NCBI GenBank assembly: GCA_965261735.1
Contig: OZ253470.1
Span: forward strand, 2,112,001-2,176,000
Source of the DNA: Alphaproteobacteria bacterium
Lineage (GTDB): Bacteria; Pseudomonadota; Alphaproteobacteria; SHVV01
Reading direction: 5' to 3'
Length of the DNA stretch: 64,000 bases
Below are positions 30,761-41,274 of this stretch, one piece after another (position 1 is the first letter of the stretch; each line of letters starts with the position of its first letter). Position numbers and translations under genes: made by a program. The notes beneath the pieces are model-generated. The model ran no database searches, had not been told where the DNA came from, and saw only the letters and a list, made by a program, of their open reading frames with translations.

Positions 30761-32577
30761 CTAGCGTCCCGCCGCGAAGTACTTGCGGATGCGTTCGTTG
30801 AACCAGTCCTTGGAATGGATGCTCCATAGCCGGTTCGCGTCCATCGGCTCCATCATCGCGTCGTTGAGGCGGGCGAAGCCGCCCGGGCGGTTGGCAGGAT
30901 CCGCGGGGATCTTGCCGGTGCCGCCAATAATCTCCTGCGCCTCCGGTGTCAGGATGAAGTCGACGACGAGGCGAGCCGCGTTCGGGTGCGGTGCCGACTT
31001 GTTCGCCTGAACGGTGAGGCCGACGAAGAACATCGGCGTCGGCGTACCCCAGTCGATCGGCGCGCCCTTGATCTTCAGGGGCTCGGTGTAGTCGGGATAG
31101 GCGGCGAGCTGGATCGCGATCTCACCCGAGGCGAGCGATTCGCGGATCGGGAAATAGCGGCCGAACTTGCCGATCTGGCCGCCCATTCTTGTCCATGAAC
31201 TCGAACCACCTCTCCTCGCCGTAGACCTGGTACATCCGCGCCACCCAGGCGTGGGCGCCGCCGCCGCCGGACTTCGGGTCCTGCATGCCGACCTTGCCCT
31301 TCCACTTGGGATCGAGCAGGTCCTCCCAGGTCTTGGGCGCCTCGCTCGGCTTCACGAGGTCGGTGTTGTAGGCGAAGCCGACCGTGTTCAGGCCGTAGTT
31401 GTACCCTTGCCTATCCGGTTAACGCCCATGACCGCTACATGTAGGGTGCCGCCACTCTCCCGAGTAAAGCTCGGCATAGGTTGGAGCAGAGGTGTCGCCC
31501 GCGATGCCGAGCAATGAGCGGAAGGCGTTGAACGGGTAGAACCGCCTGTTGAAGCGGAAGGTGAACTCGTTGAGGTAGGCTTGTAGGTGCTGGTGGCTAA
31601 CGCCGTGGTGGATATCGATCAGCCACGTCTTCAGGTTGGCGAAAACCAGATGGATGATCGGCAGGTATTGCTCGGCAACCTCTGGATCACCACACTCGGC
31701 AACAGCGAAGTGCTCATAGCCGCGCTTACCGAGGCCAGCATAGCCGCTCCAATCGTCAGTAACGATCAGCGATCGCGGCGCGACGGTGCTCTCGACGAAC
31801 CCACAGAGCGACTCGGCGCTACGGTCGAGCACGACGGCGAGCCGAACGCGTCCGGCATAGCGTCCGTCTTTCCGGTTGTCGAGCTTGGTGCCCGGCTTTC
31901 GATGACGCACCTCGATGGCACAGGAGACGGGAACCTTGTGGTGAACACCACGGCCTTCCCCACGCGTTCGCCCGCCAACCCAGGTTTCGTCCACCTCAAC
32001 ATGGTTCTTGGGCTGTCCACCGATCCTGTCTTGGTTGGGCCGCACCATGCCCGAGCGGAGCTTGTGGAGAATTTGAAAGGCCGTCTCGCCAGGGCGGTTT
32101 TCAAAGTGGAACGGCTCTCCCGCCGTGCCGCAGTGCGGGCAGGCAAAGCCGTCTCCCCAGCGGGCTTTCTCCAGGTAGGCGGCGCAGGCCGCCGGCGGGA
32201 TAGCTCTTGGCAACCGGCGAGTTGGTGTCCAGCAGCAGCCCGTCCCTGGTCATGTTTTCGCTGTCGGTGGCCGTGAGCATGAGCACGTCCGACAGGTGCC
32301 GACCCGCCGCCGCCTCGGCTTCGAAGCGCTGGGCGATCTGCGTACTGTCGCCGCGGAAGAAGTCGAAATCGATTCCCGGGAAGCGGGCCTTGAAGGCATC
32401 GGCGAGCTCTTGGATGAGCTCGATCGATTCGACGCTGTACATGACGACCTTGCCTTCGGCCTTGGCTGCCTCGTAGCGCTGCTTCAGCTCCGCATCGTAC
32501 GGGGCCGCGGCAACGCTGGATGCCGCCACAATGGCGGCAGCAACGACCGATAGTGCGGTCGAGGAGTGGGTACGCAT
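30761..32577 (-). pseudogene. Fe3+/thiamine-type ABC substrate-binding protein, interrupted by IS1595 copy 2 and frameshifted
   Basis: N-part 32193-32577 (signal peptide, EAAKAEGKVVMYS); middle 31188-31405 (AYNTDLVKPSEAPKTWEDLLDPKWKGK); +1 shift; C-part with APHPNAARLVVDFILTPEAQ. Confidence 0.88.
31406..32192 (-). mobile_element. IS1595-family element, copy 2 (left end lost, 171-bp in-frame internal deletion)
   Basis: Near-identical to copy 1; right TIR at 31406; FENRPG joined to ETAFQ; identity stops at 32192. Confidence 0.92.
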
Positions 32578-32680
32578 GGTTATCCTCCGACTGGTTGCTT
32601 GTCGGCTTGGCGGCGGAGATCGAGCGTCTACCGCATGGAGCGATGCTCGCACAGCTAAGTCGCGCGATCGGTCCGGCCGA

Positions 32681-34360
32681 TCAGCCCGCGCGTAGTACGC
32701 GGCCCGGGTAGCGGCCGCCGGTCACCGGCATGTCCTCGCCGTCCCGCCGGATCACGGTGCCGTCCACGATCACGGCGTCGATTCCGACCGCCTCGCAAAC
32801 GATGCGATCGCCCCCCGCGGGTAAGTCGAACACGCGCTTGAGCGGCCCCGCGCCCACGGTCTCCGGATCGAACACGACCACGTCGGCCTGCAGGTCAGGC
32901 GCCAGGCGACCGCGGTCGGCGAAGCCCGCGACCTCGGCCGGGCGGCCAGTCAGCATCTGGACCGCGCGCTCGAGCGACAGCGTACCGGTCTCGCGGACCC
33001 AGTGCTGCAGGATGTGGGTCGTGTAGTGAACGTTGCAGAGCTGGCTCGCATGGGCGCCGGCGTCGGAGAAGGCGACGACGCCCACGGGGTCCTGCAGGAT
33101 CTCGCCGACCTCGTCCTCTTCGTAGTTGAGGACGGGGAGGCGGAACTTGGCCTTGAGATCGCTGTCGGCGGAGAGATCGAGCGCCAGGTCTATGGGATGG
33201 ACGCCGCGCTCGCGCGCGACCTCGGCCAGTGGACGCTCGGCGAGGTCGGGCTCGTCGGGCACGTCGACGATAACCGTGCGCTCGGTCCATCCCTGCAGCG
33301 ATGCATCCATGCGATCGGGCTTGTCTTCCCGGAATGCGCGGCGGAACTCGGGGTCGCGATAAATCCGGCACTTGCCGGCACGGTCGGCCTTCATGCTCGC
33401 GGCCAGGAACTCGCGGCGCTCGAATGGCACCGGCACCTCGAAGTCGAACTCGAACTCGACCGGGAGCGGTGAAAACTGCGGGAATACCTTCAAGCCGCTG
33501 GCCTGGACCTCGTGCGCGTCGGCCAGGTACTGCCGGTGGGAGCCGGGTCCGGTGAGCCCCGAGAGGATCCCGGTCCAGCTGAATGTAAGGTCGTGCCGGC
33601 CGACGATCTCGTTGAACTTCTCCAGCCATTCGAGCTTCCCGATCGACGCCTGCATCATGCCGCCGCCGGCCTCGGCGAAGGCCCCGGCGAGCTGGTCGAT
33701 TTCGTCGAAGTCGGCCAGCCGGCTCGGGATCGGATGTCCGTCGTAGGCGAACTGGCCGAGCGAAAGCGAGGTCGTGAAACTCATGGCACCGGACTTGCGG
33801 GCAGCGCGAACCAGATCGCGCATGGCCTCGATCTCCTCGGCGTTGGCGGCGCGCTCGACCGCGTCCTCACCCATGACGTTGAGCCGCACCGCGGTGTGGC
33901 CGACCGAGAAGGCGACGTTGACGAGAACCCCGCGGCGCTCGATGGCATCGAGGTAGGCGGCGAAGTCGTGGAGCGGAAAGTCGGCGTCGATACCGGTCCG
34001 TAGCACGGCCAGGTTCATGCCCTCGACGCGCTCGAGGGTGCGCAGGATCAAGTCGCGGTGCTCGGGCCGGGTGGGCACGACCGAGAAGCCGCAATTGCCC
34101 ATCAGCGCCGTGGTGACGCCGTGCCAGGGCGAGATCGAGATGGTCGGGTCCCAGGTGATTTGCGCATCGTAGTGGGTGTGCAAATCGATGAAGCCGGGGC
34201 ACACGACACGGCCGGCGGCATCGATGGTCGCGTCCGCGACGCCGTCGACTTCACCGAGGGCGGCGATGCGACCGTCCTCGATCGCCACATCGCCGCGGTA
34301 GCCGGGTGCGCCCGTCCCATCGAGGATGGTGCCGCCGATGATCTTGAGGTCATAGGCCAT
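32681..34360 (-). CDS. N-acyl-D-amino-acid deacylase family amidohydrolase
   Basis: YDLKIIGGTILDGTG, PGFIDLHTHYDAQ, MGNCGF, SDAGAH, ADVVVFDP. Confidence 0.9.
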   Translation of the reverse strand: MAYDLKIIGGTILDGTGAPGYRGDVAIEDGRIAALGEVDGVADATIDAAGRVVCPGFIDLHTHYDAQITWDPTISISPWHGVTTALMGNCGFSVVPTRPEHRDLILRTLERVEGMNLAVLRTGIDADFPLHDFAAYLDAIERRGVLVNVAFSVGHTAVRLNVMGEDAVERAANAEEIEAMRDLVRAARKSGAMSFTTSLSLGQFAYDGHPIPSRLADFDEIDQLAGAFAEAGGGMMQASIGKLEWLEKFNEIVGRHDLTFSWTGILSGLTGPGSHRQYLADAHEVQASGLKVFPQFSPLPVEFEFDFEVPVPFERREFLAASMKADRAGKCRIYRDPEFRRAFREDKPDRMDASLQGWTERTVIVDVPDEPDLAERPLAEVARERGVHPIDLALDLSADSDLKAKFRLPVLNYEEDEVGEILQDPVGVVAFSDAGAHASQLCNVHYTTHILQHWVRETGTLSLERAVQMLTGRPAEVAGFADRGRLAPDLQADVVVFDPETVGAGPLKRVFDLPAGGDRIVCEAVGIDAVIVDGTVIRRDGEDMPVTGGRYPGRVLRAG

Positions 34361-34492
34361 GTCGGTCACCGTCGCTGGTTGATCTTTCGCATTGTACGCC
34401 CGGCAGCCGCGCGGTCTACACGGCAGTGGCCCCCGTGGTCGGCACGGTGCTATGCTTTTTGTCTCCCTTCATCCATAGGGGCGGGGGCTCTC

Positions 34493-35854
34493 ATGGCCGC
34501 GTTCTTCCGCTGCGGCAAGCTCTTTACGGGGCGCGACGAGCAGGCGCTCGCCGACCACACCGTCGTGGCCGAGGACGGCCGCGTCACCCATGTCGGCCCG
34601 ACCGCCTCGGCGCCCGAGCCGGGTCCCGGCGACTCCCTGATCGACCACAGCGCGCACTTCGTCATGCCTGGACTGATCGACGGGCACGTCCATGTCCACG
34701 CCGGCAACGCCCAGGCCGAGGAGAACATGGACATTTATGCGCCGCTCGAGTTTCGCGCGCTGCGCGGCCTGGTCAATGCCCAGCGCATGTTTTCGGCCGG
34801 CTATACCGGCATGATCGACGGCGGCACCACCGGCCGCGTTTCGTTGGCGGTACGCGATGCGATCAATGCCGGGCTGTTTCCGGGGCCACGCATGATGTGC
34901 TCCGGCGGCTTCCTGACGACGCGCCAAGGCGCACCCGATATGTACCCGAGCTGGTTCAACAACCCCTACTCGCTGCGGCTGCTGGCGACCTCGATCGACG
35001 GCGCGCTCGAGTCCATCCGCACCATGGTCAAGGACGGGGTCGACTGCGTCAAACTCGGCCTCGACGGCCGTCAGCTCAACTTCGAGGGCGGGCTCGCCGC
35101 CGCCTTCAGCGAGGGCGAGACGCTGCGGCTGGCGCGAGAAGCCCAACGGCTGGGCAAGTGGGTGAAGGTGCATGCCAAGGGTACCCAGGGCTTGCTCTAC
35201 GGTGCGCGCGCCGGTGCCCGCGTGATCAACCACGCCGCCGACGTCACCGACGAGGTGGTCGATGCGCTGCTCGAGAGCGGCACCGCCCTGTGTCCACAGC
35301 TCGCGCTCATTTACAGCTTCACCTGCTTTACCCAGCCGACCGACAACTATTACCAATTCACCGCGCGCGGCCTGGACGAGTGGGCCCGTACCGTCGCCTC
35401 GATGCGCAAGGCATACGAGGCCGGCGTGCCGATCATCGCCGGCAGCGACGCCGGGTTCGCCTGCGTTCCCTTCGGCGAGTGGCACGCGCTCGAGATGAAG
35501 CTCCTGGTCGACTACTGCGGGCTGACCCCAGCCGAGAGCCTGCGCGCCGGGACCTCGCTACCCGGCGATTTATTCCCGGCGGACGCTCGGCCCGGCACGC
35601 TGGCACCCGGCTACTTCGCCGATATCGTGGCCTTCGAGGGCGACCCGCTCGCCGACATCGGCGTCATCGTCGACAAGCGCAACGTGCGCGGCCTCTATCG
35701 TGGCGGCGAGGCGGTGACATGCGTCGCGCCCGAGATCAACGCGGATACCGAGACCAACTTCTCCTACCGCATGTGGCAGCAGATTTACGATCAGAAGACC
35801 GTCGCCGGGCTGGAGAAGAAGCCGCCGCTTCACGCCCCGGCCGGGCTCGCGTAG
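34493..35854 (+). CDS. Metal-dependent amidohydrolase (Xaa-Pro dipeptidase-like)
   Basis: VMPGLIDGHVH, GVDCVK, KVHA, INH, AGSDAG, GYFADIV. Confidence 0.88.
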   Translation: MAAFFRCGKLFTGRDEQALADHTVVAEDGRVTHVGPTASAPEPGPGDSLIDHSAHFVMPGLIDGHVHVHAGNAQAEENMDIYAPLEFRALRGLVNAQRMFSAGYTGMIDGGTTGRVSLAVRDAINAGLFPGPRMMCSGGFLTTRQGAPDMYPSWFNNPYSLRLLATSIDGALESIRTMVKDGVDCVKLGLDGRQLNFEGGLAAAFSEGETLRLAREAQRLGKWVKVHAKGTQGLLYGARAGARVINHAADVTDEVVDALLESGTALCPQLALIYSFTCFTQPTDNYYQFTARGLDEWARTVASMRKAYEAGVPIIAGSDAGFACVPFGEWHALEMKLLVDYCGLTPAESLRAGTSLPGDLFPADARPGTLAPGYFADIVAFEGDPLADIGVIVDKRNVRGLYRGGEAVTCVAPEINADTETNFSYRMWQQIYDQKTVAGLEKKPPLHAPAGLA

Positions 35855-35879
35855 GCGGCCCGGCGCGGCCGCGCTGGCG

Positions 35880-36590
35880 TCACGCGCCCAGTCCGGCCTT
35901 GCGAAGGCCGTCGAGCACGTGATCGAGCTCATCGGGAGCCAAGTAAAACCAGCCGCCGTGCCAGTTCGTCGCGAGTTCCGGTTGAATGCGACGGCACCCG
36001 CCGAGAGCCTCCTCAGCCTCCGATTCCTGACCCAGATGGCCGAAGCTCGCGGCTAGAACGACATGAGCATCGAGGTGGTCCGCCCGTCGGCCGATCGCCT
36101 TCTGCGCCCATTCGACTGCCTTTTCGTAGTCTCGGCATTGCATGTGCGCGCCGGCCAGCCGCGTCATGAAGAAGTGATTGTAGGGGTCCTTTGGACTGAT
36201 TTCGAGCCCCTGCTCGATGTAGGGAATGCCTTCGCCCGGCCGGCCTAGATAGATGAGTTGGACGCCATAGGCGATCCGACCGGCGCCGGTCGGATCGAGT
36301 TCCATGGCGCGCATGGATTGCGCAGCGGCGAGTTCGAACCGACCAGCCCGGGCGAGCGCCAAGCCGAGGATGACGTGGGCCCAAGCGTCATCGTCGTCGA
36401 GCGCCACGGCCCGTTGCGCGGCCGCGATGCAGAGGCGCGAAGATTCGGCCCGATCTTCGCCATAACCGAAGACGACATCGCGGTGATGGGAATGGGCTAA
36501 ACCGGCATAGGCCTGACTGTAGCCGGGGTCGAGCGCTAGCGCCCGTTCGAACATGGTACGCGCCTCGATCGTTCCCCGTTTGGTTTGTTC
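35880..36590 (-). pseudogene. TPR-repeat C-terminal remnant of a TolB-like/TPR protein, truncated by IS1595 copy 3
   Basis: ARTMFERALALDPGYSQAYAGLA, AAQRAVALDDDDAWAH, terminal LDGLRKAGL; the upstream part of the ORF is IS sequence. Confidence 0.8.
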
Positions 36591-37633
36591 CTTTCCTATC
36601 CGGTTTACACCCACACCCACTAGGGCTAGAATGGGCGCAAACCGGATATAGGGGAGCGCGCCATGGATGTTCTCGACCGCGCCGATCTCCCATTCCCGCA
36701 TTCGCTACCCGAGTTCCAGCGACTTTTCCCCGATGATGCGGCCTGCGCCGCCTACCTGGAGAAAGCCCGCTGGGGAGACGGCTTTGCGCTGCCGCAAGTG
36801 CCGCCAGAACACCGGGCTGACGGTGGGAACAGTGATGGAGCGTAGCCACACTCCGCTGAACGTCTGGTTCTGGGCCGCTTATCTGGTCGCCAGTCAGACG
36901 CCCGGCATGTCCGCCGTGCAGTTTCAGCGGCAACTTGGTCTTTCGCGCTACGAGACGGCCTTTCAAATTCTCCACAAGCTCCGCTCGGGCATGGTGCGGC
37001 CCAACCAAGACAGGATCGGTGGACAGCCCAAGAACCATGTTGAGGTGGACGAAACCTGGGTTGGCGGGCGAACGCGTGGGGAAGGCCGTGGTGTTCACCA
37101 CAAGGTTCCCGTCTCCTGTGCCATCGAGGTGCGTCATCGAAAGCCGGGCACCAAGCTCGACAACCGGAAAGACGGACGCTATGCCGGACGCGTTCGGCTC
37201 GCCGTCGTGCTCGACCGTAGCGCCGAGTCGCTCTGTGGGTTCGTCGAGAGCACCGTCGCGCCGCGATCGCTGATCGTTACTGACGATTGGAGCGGCTATG
37301 CTGGCCTCGGTAAGCGCGGCTATGAGCACTTCGCTGTTGCCGAGTGTGGTGATCCAGAGGTTGCCGAGCAATACCTGCCGATCATCCATCTGATTTTCGC
37401 CAACCTGAAGACGTGGCTGATCGGTATCCACCACGGCGTTAGCCACCAGCACCTACAAGCCTACCTCAACGAGTTCACCTTCCGCTTCAACAGGCGGTTC
37501 TACCCGTTCAACGCCTTCCGCTCATTGCTCGGCATCGCGGGCGACACCTCTGCTCCAACCTATGCCGAGCTTTACTCGGGAGAGTGGCGGCACCCTACAT
37601 GTAGCGGTCATGGGCGTTAACCGGATAGCCAAG
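36591..37633 (+). mobile_element. IS1595-family element, copy 3 (62-bp frameshifting deletion, mutated TIRs, no target duplication)
   Basis: CTTTCCTATCCGGTTT...AACCGGATAGCCAAG; deletion at ~36788 between TGC microhomologies; flanks GTTTGTTC and AAGAACTC differ. Confidence 0.92.
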
Positions 37634-37866
37634 AAGAACTCAGAGCAGCCATCCCCCATTACGTCGACTTGACGGATGGCGACATGGAAGACTCCCCTAG
37701 CCGACCCGGCGAGCAACGCTGGGAACAGATTATGCGGAACATCCAGTCACACCACTTAAGCCCGAATAACTTCATCAACCTCGGGTACTTGGAGCACGTA
37801 CCGGGCGGTGGCCTCAGGATAACCCCTGATGGATACGATCTCATATCAAATCTCGACGCTTCGTAG
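37634..37866 (+). pseudogene. 5'-truncated winged-helix protein remnant (Mrr N-terminal-like)
   Basis: ELRAAIPHYVDLTDGDMEDSPSRPGEQRWEQIMRNI...GYLEHVPGGGLRITPDG; frame is open back to the IS end. Confidence 0.5.
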
Positions 37867-37869
37867 GCG

Positions 37870-38058
37870 TTATTGCTGTGTGGGGGGATGCAATTCGGTT
37901 CCGTCGAACTCGCCCCCCCATCCGATGACGGGAATCTTTCCAGCGTCCCAAAGCGGCTGGCATATGGCCAGCGTTGCTTGCTCTGTCTTTTCAAGGGACA
38001 GTCCGGGCGGACAGGGCGGGATGGGAATGCGAACTCGCGGCCAGTCGGGTTTTTCCAT
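37870..38058 (-). CDS. 62-aa hypothetical protein, probable IS passenger
   Basis: AAGGAGG RBS upstream of ATG; downstream of and co-oriented with the IS1595 transposase. Confidence 0.5.
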   Translation of the reverse strand: MEKPDWPRVRIPIPPCPPGLSLEKTEQATLAICQPLWDAGKIPVIGWGGEFDGTELHPPTQQ

Positions 38059-38142
38059 CGGTTCCTCCTTGATGAAGGAACCGTCGCAGAATCTACAAGA
38101 ATGCCAAGGACTTAGTGGAATCTAGGAGAGAAAAATGGTGTC

Positions 38143-39078
38143 TTAGTCGGCTACGAGATCCCGGTACATCAACCGTTTGCCGACCATTCCGGCAACGATG
38201 TTCTGCATCTGCGTGATTGTGTCTTGCTCGCGGACACCGTGGCGACCGGAAAACTCGTCAACATAGCGTTGCAGGTGTTTCGGGCTGATCTTGTGGTAGA
38301 CGCCCTTGTGGGCTCGCTTCAGCATCGACCAGAAGCTCTCGATGCCGTTGGTATGGGCCATGTCCCGGACGTACTCGCCAACGCTGTGGCGGACGCTCTC
38401 ATGGTCGAAGGGCATGCCCTTGTAGGCCTTCGCGTCGTCGGTATAGACGGTTGCGCCATCGGCGGCGCTGTCTGCGACGAACTTCTGTAGGGTCTTGGCG
38501 TCGGTATTCTCAACGACCTTTGCCTTGACCTTGTTGGTCTTCCGATCCTTCGCGCCCACGACAGCAGCTTTGCCGACGCCGCCCCTGCCAGCCCGGAGTT
38601 TCTTTCTGGAGTGCTTGTTGCTTTCCTTGCCGCCGAAATAGGTTTCGTCGATCTCGACCGGCCCGGCGAATAGCTTGTCGTCTCCTTCCCACGCCTTGCG
38701 GATGCGTTGCAGCATGAACCACGCGGCGGGCTGGGAAACCCCGATATCCCGGTGTAGCTTCATGCTCGACACGCCCTTGAGGCTGGTTAGGTGCAAGTAG
38801 ATAGCAAAGACCCACTTGCGGAGAGGGATATGCGACTTGTGCATCACTGTCCCGGTCTTGACCGAGAAGTAGCCGCGACAGTCCGAGCACCGATAGGGCA
38901 TGTTGTTATGGCCGGCCTCGTGGGTGTGTGTGCTCCCACAGTGGGGGCAATGCCTACCGCTTGGCCAGACACGGGCCTCAAACCACTCGCGCGCGCTTCC
39001 CTCGGTGGGAAACATGTCGCAAAGCTGCACTAGAGTGATGCCTTCACGGTCTGATTTTCCTGGGGATTGATGGGCCAT
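38143..39078 (-). CDS. IS1595-family transposase (second, distinct type)
   Basis: CPHCGS..YRCSDC, KGVSSMKLHRDIG, VEIDETYFGG, VYTDD, HTNGIESFWSMLKR, YVDEF. Confidence 0.93.
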   Translation of the reverse strand: MAHQSPGKSDREGITLVQLCDMFPTEGSAREWFEARVWPSGRHCPHCGSTHTHEAGHNNMPYRCSDCRGYFSVKTGTVMHKSHIPLRKWVFAIYLHLTSLKGVSSMKLHRDIGVSQPAAWFMLQRIRKAWEGDDKLFAGPVEIDETYFGGKESNKHSRKKLRAGRGGVGKAAVVGAKDRKTNKVKAKVVENTDAKTLQKFVADSAADGATVYTDDAKAYKGMPFDHESVRHSVGEYVRDMAHTNGIESFWSMLKRAHKGVYHKISPKHLQRYVDEFSGRHGVREQDTITQMQNIVAGMVGKRLMYRDLVAD

Positions 39079-39101
39079 TGATCTCGTCTCCCTATGCTCT
39101 G

Positions 39102-39129
39102 AATATAGGGATTCATGGGCCCATGTCAA
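39102..39129 (-). promoter_or_regulatory. Sigma70-like promoter in IS left end
   Basis: Minus strand TTGACA-16 nt-TATATT upstream of GGGAG RBS and the transposase ATG. Confidence 0.6.
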
Positions 39130-40970
39130 TACAAGCTTATAAGCCCCTTTTTTAGGGCGGCCGCGAGTCTCATCTGGAGCGCCCGATCCAGCCGCAAGTC
39201 CCACTCGGGGTCCCCTCGGCGTAGCTCGTTGCGCAGCTCCTCCAGCGAGAAACCCTCCGGGTTGTCAACGAGGCACATCGTGGCAGCCGCGCGAACATCG
39301 TCCTCTCCGGCGTCGCGGTCCCGGTGATCCTCGGCGCGCTCCGCCGCCAGTGTGTGAAGGTCGCGCGGCAGATTGGCGCGCTCGCCTTTTTTGTAGCGCG
39401 CCAGCGCCTCGCTCCACCACTGATTGCGGTCAACGGACGCGGCCGAAACATCGCAACCACGCGCTAGCTCCACCACAACGAACCGGCGATTTCCGGACGG
39501 GTCGTTGGGCAGGCACTCGGAATCGTTCGTTGTGCCGATGAACACGCAACCGCGCGGGCTGGGTACGGCCGCCCGCGCGTAGGCGTGGCGGAATTGTCCA
39601 TCATCTTGCCGCGATAAGAAACTTTTGAGCCGCTCAAGTTCGGCCTTGCGAATGCCGGTCATTTCCGACAACTCGACAACGACCTTGCCGGCAAGCTGCT
39701 CCGCTTGCTCCTTCGGCCTCGCGCCCAGGTCTACGGCGTCGCCGTGCCACTCGTGCTGCCACTCAGTGAACCAGTTCCTCGGAAACGCGGATTTGCCGAC
39801 GCCTTGCTCGCCGAGGAGGACGGGCACTTCGTCGAGTTTGCACCCAGGCTCGTGCGCCCGCTGGACCGCGCCGATGCCGATGTACGAAGATGCCCAGCGG
39901 GTCAGCGGGTCGTCCTCGGCCCCGAACAGATTCGTACGCAGCCCGTCAATCCGCTGAACGCCATCCCACGGGGGAAGCGTCTCCAGCCAATCGCGGAAGG
40001 GGTCGCGCCGCAGGCCGTTGCCGAGGGCGCGGCGGAGGTCGAGGAACACGTCGGGCGAAAACTTAAGCGGCATCACCGCGTTCGACCCGCCCTTTGTTAA
40101 AAATTTCCCCGCAATCTCATGGCGCAACCAAGCATCGCGCTCGTCGTCGGCGACCTCCCACTTGCCGCCGAGGAGATATTCGTAGCGTTTTGCACGGGTG
40201 TTTAGTTGCAGTTCGATGCCCAGGCTCGCCAGGCAGAACGCCAGGCCGGCCGGCGTGCGGGCGTTGTCAACGGGTGTCCGCGCGCCCTGCCGCTTGCCGG
40301 CCGCTACGGCGCTTTTGACCGTTTCCGCAATCTCGCGCTCCGGCAACCCCGCTTGGCGCGCGGTTTCAACATGCCCCTCGATGGGCGCACCGTTGATGGT
40401 CGCCAGGAAGACCTTCCGATTGAGCGTGTTGTTGCGATTGCCGACCTCGGGCACGCCGGACTGCTCCTTGGGTTTGGGGGGCAGCTGGGCGAGGTCGGCC
40501 AAATTAAGGTTGCGCAGCGAGTGCGACGGCTCGGCCAGGGCCGCCGCGACTGCGCCAGCGTCCCACAAAATCGCATGCCCAAAGCCGCCGCGAATGTCGC
40601 CGTCTCGCCACTGCTTATTGTGAACGTCGGCGGCGTCACGGCATCGGTACCAAAGGTGCCAGCGACCCGCTTGCCTCGACGGCAGCTTGGCCAGTGGGAG
40701 GCCAAACCGCTCGACAACTTCGTCGGCCGCCTCGTCGCCGCCGTAGTCCACGTCGATCACGACGCAGCCGAGAGAAGCGGGCATTACTCCGACCAGTTTG
40801 GTGTGCCTTAAAACCCTGTCGAGGGGCGCCGCGTTTTGCGGCTTTTGCCATTTCTTCCACATGGCCTTCTTGTTCAGCCAGCACAGAACAAAATGTGCGC
40901 CGGCGTCTGCCAGGGCCGTCAGGGCCGCCCGCGCGTCGCCTTGAATTTCGGTCGCCCGGGCGCTAGCCAT
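39126..40970 (-). CDS. Prim-Pol (AEP) plus VapE/VirE-like helicase of phage/satellite type; C-terminus cut by IS1595 near 39147
   Basis: VVIDVD (DxD), RWHLWYR, GNRNNTL, DPFRDWLETLPPWDG, Walker A GEQGVGKS, VVELSE, FIGTTN, DPSGNRRF. Confidence 0.85.
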   Translation of the reverse strand: MASARATEIQGDARAALTALADAGAHFVLCWLNKKAMWKKWQKPQNAAPLDRVLRHTKLVGVMPASLGCVVIDVDYGGDEAADEVVERFGLPLAKLPSRQAGRWHLWYRCRDAADVHNKQWRDGDIRGGFGHAILWDAGAVAAALAEPSHSLRNLNLADLAQLPPKPKEQSGVPEVGNRNNTLNRKVFLATINGAPIEGHVETARQAGLPEREIAETVKSAVAAGKRQGARTPVDNARTPAGLAFCLASLGIELQLNTRAKRYEYLLGGKWEVADDERDAWLRHEIAGKFLTKGGSNAVMPLKFSPDVFLDLRRALGNGLRRDPFRDWLETLPPWDGVQRIDGLRTNLFGAEDDPLTRWASSYIGIGAVQRAHEPGCKLDEVPVLLGEQGVGKSAFPRNWFTEWQHEWHGDAVDLGARPKEQAEQLAGKVVVELSEMTGIRKAELERLKSFLSRQDDGQFRHAYARAAVPSPRGCVFIGTTNDSECLPNDPSGNRRFVVVELARGCDVSAASVDRNQWWSEALARYKKGERANLPRDLHTLAAERAEDHRDRDAGEDDVRAAATMCLVDNPEGFSLEELRNELRRGDPEWDLRLDRALQMRLAAALKKGLISLY

Positions 40971-41197
40971 CGTCCGCCTCCAACTCCGCCTCCGCGCGCG
41001 CTTCTAGCTGCGAAAGCGTTGTGCCGGCTTCGCGCGCTTCGATCTCCCCAAGCGCCTGAATCCAGGCGGTTGGGTCGTTGGTTGATAGCCACGCATCCAA
41101 TAAGGGATTGCTGGACTCGGGGGGATACTCGGGCAAAAACCGCCACCACAGGCCGGGTGGGTTGCTGGCCTCGGGCCGGTTGGGCAGGTTGGGACAC
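40963..41197 (-). CDS. Hypothetical small ORF overlapping the primase-helicase start (5' end undefined)
   Basis: Open frame ending ...LEARAEAELEADDG whose stop overlaps the primase start region; no clear start codon. Confidence 0.35.
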
Positions 41198-41274
41198 GCG
41201 CGAAATTCGTCTTTATAATAAATGCCCCTGTTTGGGGCGGCTGGGACACCTAACTTGTTGATTTCATTAGTGAT

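Noticed and set aside
35880-36701. 273-aa ORF starting MREWEIG as an intact gene (same start in ORF 28977-29537)
   Set aside because: The first ~37 codons are antisense IS1595 left-end sequence; the ORF is an insertion artefact.
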